Shown: piece after piece, positions 62,501 to 64,000 of the stretch
Layout: each line of letters starts with the position of its first letter
Numbering within the stretch: position 1 is the first letter of the stretch
From: Hypanus sabinus
Taxonomy: Eukaryota
Direction: 5' to 3'
DNA length: 64,000 nucleotides
Assembly: GCF_030144855.1 (NCBI RefSeq)
Contig: NC_082711.1
Coordinates: forward strand, 10,974,001-11,038,000
Translations under genes and position numbers: made by a program
Notes under the pieces: model-generated
Seen by the model: the letters and a program-made list of their open reading frames with translations, nothing else
The model's database searches: none
What the model was told of the DNA's origin: nothing

Positions 62501-62602
62501 GGGACAGCTAGTTAATGTACCCTCTTGTCCTAACCTTTCTTTTTGTTTTCTCATCCTTTCCAGGTGCAAAGTGTTGACGTTGCTGCTTTCAACAAGGTCT
62601 AA
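38416..62602 (+). CDS. EEF1D: Elongation factor 1-delta (eEF1Bdelta), short isoform: join(38416-38565,42520-42591,55160-55238,56432-56544,57345-57524,58609-58803,62564-62602), 275 aa
   Basis: GT-AG introns with consistent phases (828 nt). N-terminal [30 protein letters not shown], leucine zipper, acidic [10 protein letters not shown] region, GEF domain [17 protein letters not shown]...[12 protein letters not shown]. Confidence 0.96.
40946..41938 (+). mobile_element. Penelope-like element 3' end (GIY-YIG remnant plus terminal repeat), split by a CR1 at 41147-41533
   Basis: Decayed TQRRLG...VVTHFNSTS...[12 protein letters not shown] coding; pyrimidine-rich UTR; ctgatga box at 41847. Confidence 0.8.
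41147..41533 (-). mobile_element. CR1-type LINE 3' fragment
   Basis: Reverse complement closely matches about 24765-25146. Confidence 0.9.
42520..42591 (+). CDS. EEF1D: EEF1D 72-nt exon ([24 protein letters not shown])
   Basis: Not in the ORF track; translated by hand. Acceptor tacctag|, donor GGA|gtgagt; symmetric phase 0; near-identical to the vertebrate EEF1D segment. Confidence 0.95.
43813..43876. mobile_element. 64-bp hAT/Charlie-type MITE
   Basis: 16-bp imperfect TIRs cagcggttcctaacct/aggttgggaacccctg; 8-bp target duplication GTCTAGAT/GTCTAGGT; partial relative at 48581-48630. Confidence 0.85.
51914..51988 (+). CDS. EEF1D: Candidate EEF1D cassette exon ((Q)[25 protein letters not shown])
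   Basis: NAGNAG acceptor (aagcag|), donor CAT|gtgagg; 75 or 78 nt, stop-free in phase 0; lies in non-repetitive sequence. Confidence 0.45.
53000..53026 (+). CDS. EEF1D: Candidate EEF1D 27-nt microexon (NVFLVPPEK)
   Basis: T-rich tract then aaag|, strong donor AAA|gtaagt, symmetric phase 0, TGCATG on both sides. Confidence 0.4.
55160..55238 (+). CDS. EEF1D: EEF1D exon, start of leucine zipper ([26 protein letters not shown])
   Basis: Acceptor ccctttgcag|, donor G|gtaggt, phase 1. Confidence 0.92.
56432..56544 (+). CDS. EEF1D: EEF1D exon, leucine zipper ([22 protein letters not shown]...PSK)
   Basis: Acceptor cccggctag|, donor AAG|gtcagc; heptad leucines. Confidence 0.9.
57345..57524 (+). 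CDS. EEF1D: EEF1D exon, central acidic region ([22 protein letters not shown]...[10 protein letters not shown])
   Basis: Acceptor ctttctcag| (an in-frame alternative CAG lies at 57317), donor CCT|gtgaga. Confidence 0.92.
58609..58803 (+). CDS. EEF1D: EEF1D exon, guanine-nucleotide exchange domain (WDDETDM...QFEDY)
   Basis: Acceptor tctgtcag|, donor TAC|gtgagt; 195 nt; [30 protein letters not shown]. Confidence 0.96.
59866..60895 (+). mobile_element. Decayed CR1-type LINE 3' part
   Basis: [34 protein letters not shown] remnants. Confidence 0.9.
60900..61488 (-). mobile_element. Decayed CR1-type LINE fragment
   Basis: [13 protein letters not shown]...TLAFINQGI remnant. Confidence 0.75.
62564..62602 (+). 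CDS. EEF1D: EEF1D last coding exon ([12 protein letters not shown])
   Basis: Long pyrimidine tract, ttccag| acceptor, conserved C-terminus, TAA at 62600-62602. Confidence 0.95.
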   Translation: MQSVDVAAFNKV

Positions 62603-62622
62603 AGTCAGCTAGTACTTTGAGG

Positions 62623-62628
62623 AATAAA
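62623..62628 (+). terminator. EEF1D polyadenylation signal AATAAA
   Basis: Canonical hexamer 20 nt after the stop codon. Confidence 0.7.
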
Positions 62629-63179
62629 GGAATTCTGTGCAGAAGTTATTCCCCTGTCCTCGTCTTCATTCCGACTTCTCAGTTCTGTTACTAAAGATTG
62701 TGTCAGTGTACTCCCAGTGCTCTCAGTAGAAGAGAAGGCTGGTTAAATCAGAGTTATGGTTAGATCGTGCACATTTACTTTGAAGTTCTCAATCCTGGTA
62801 CCTCTCACACTTTAAAATTAGCAGTTTCAAGCAGACACTAATTTATGGAATCATCTCCCCATCCCCCATTACCCTGTAAAACCTGCCCCAGTTGTTTGTT
62901 GCATGGCTCTATGGCAGAATCTGTCTGACCACAATGTTCAACGGCTGGAAACTCCCCTTCCATAGATGCTGCCTGACCTGTTGAGTTCCTCTAGCTGTTT
63001 GTGTGAAAATGATGGTAATACTCTGCAGGTCAGGTTGAATAAGGTCATAGAGCAATACAGCGTGGCCCTTCGGCCATGCCAGTCCATGGTTGAACCCACG
63101 GTGATCAATTTCCCACATTCAGCCAATATCACTCCTGTTGCCACCCTACCAGTCGCACACTCGTTTAAAAAACTGTGTA

Positions 63180-63659
63180 CACTCAGAGGCCACTTTACTA
63201 GGTACACCTGCTTCTTAATGCAAATCTGTAATCAGCCAATCATGTCAGTAACTCAATGCATAAAAACATGCAGACGTGGTCAAGTTGTTGTTTAGACCAA
63301 GCATCAGAATGGGGAAGCAGTGTGATCTAAGCAACTCTGACTGGAATGGTTGCTGGTGCCAGATGGGGTGGTTCAATGAGGTCAGAACTGCTGTTCTCCT
63401 GGGACGTCCATGTACAACACACTCGAATTTTCAGAGAAAGGTGCGAAAAACAGAAAACGTCGATGAATGGCAGTACTGTGGATGAAAACACTTTGTTAAT
63501 GAGAAAGGTCAAAAGAGAGTGGTTCAATCTGACAGGAACTCAAATAACCCCGCATTACAACAGTGGTGTGCACTCTGAACACACAACACGCCAAACCTTG
63601 AAGTGGATGGGCTACAGCAGCAGAAGACCACTCCACGTTCCACTCCTGTACCTAAAAAG
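63180..63659 (+). mobile_element. Non-autonomous Tc1-like element with transposase HTH remnant
   Basis: TA then cactcagaggccactttactaggtacacctg TIR; SEHTTRQTLKWMGYSSRRPLHVPLL; right TIR truncated. Confidence 0.8.
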
Positions 63660-64000
63660 AAATGTGCATAAAACTGGCTAAACCAAACCTACCGAGATAA
63701 TATTGTTGTAGCTGTCTTAATTTCTTTCTCTGGCAGATGGTTTTTACTCACCACCCTCCATGCAAAAGGAAGAGTTGCCACTCACGTCCCTTTTCATGAT
63801 TCTCTCTCACCTGACCATTGCCTTGTGCTGGTTTGACTTTCTCAAACTTACTGATCCAGCTGGTGCATTTGCATCCAACCCTGTGGCGCACCAGCTGCTA
63901 CAGGTCCATCCTTACCTTGATGTAGACGCCCGTTGGGAACACAATCCCAATTCCTAGCCACTCAATGAATAAGCATGTCTCCCTTTTGCTGTGTTGCAAT

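Noticed and set aside
63737-63957. Acceptor followed by an open frame of about 73 codons
   Set aside because: No recognisable protein similarity and no upstream partner exon; lies at the window edge.

Overview
Eukaryotic vertebrate DNA, most likely from a cartilaginous fish (shark/ray). This is inferred from the repeats: CR1 LINEs, HE1/V-SINE-like SINEs, Rex1/Babar-type LINEs and Penelope-derived repeats. Two spliced protein-coding genes lie in tandem on the + strand. PYCR3 has 6 coding exons (13107-20956) and gives 270 aa when joined. EEF1D has a CpG-island promoter and non-coding exon 1 near 27.9-28.04 kb. Its short isoform (38416-62602) gives 275 aa. An in-frame long-isoform exon (34509-35377) extends this to about 566 aa. 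Most of the remainder is transposon debris, including two solo LTRs, Tigger, Tc1 and hAT elements, several of them nested. There are three GC/G-rich minisatellites. Most ORFs in the track are spurious or TE-derived. I found no wholly new multi-gene system. Best leads: (1) an eEF1BdeltaL-type exon built from four copies of a W-x-x-K-x-x-[FY]-D-x-A-E motif that also opens the short isoform; (2) a 6-nt microexon and two candidate frame-preserving cassette exons in EEF1D; (3) minimal hammerhead-ribozyme motifs in a Penelope-derived repeat family; (4) a 40-bp VNTR and a young CR1 insertion in the PYCR3 promoter region. Comparisons with human proteins are from memory, not from a search.
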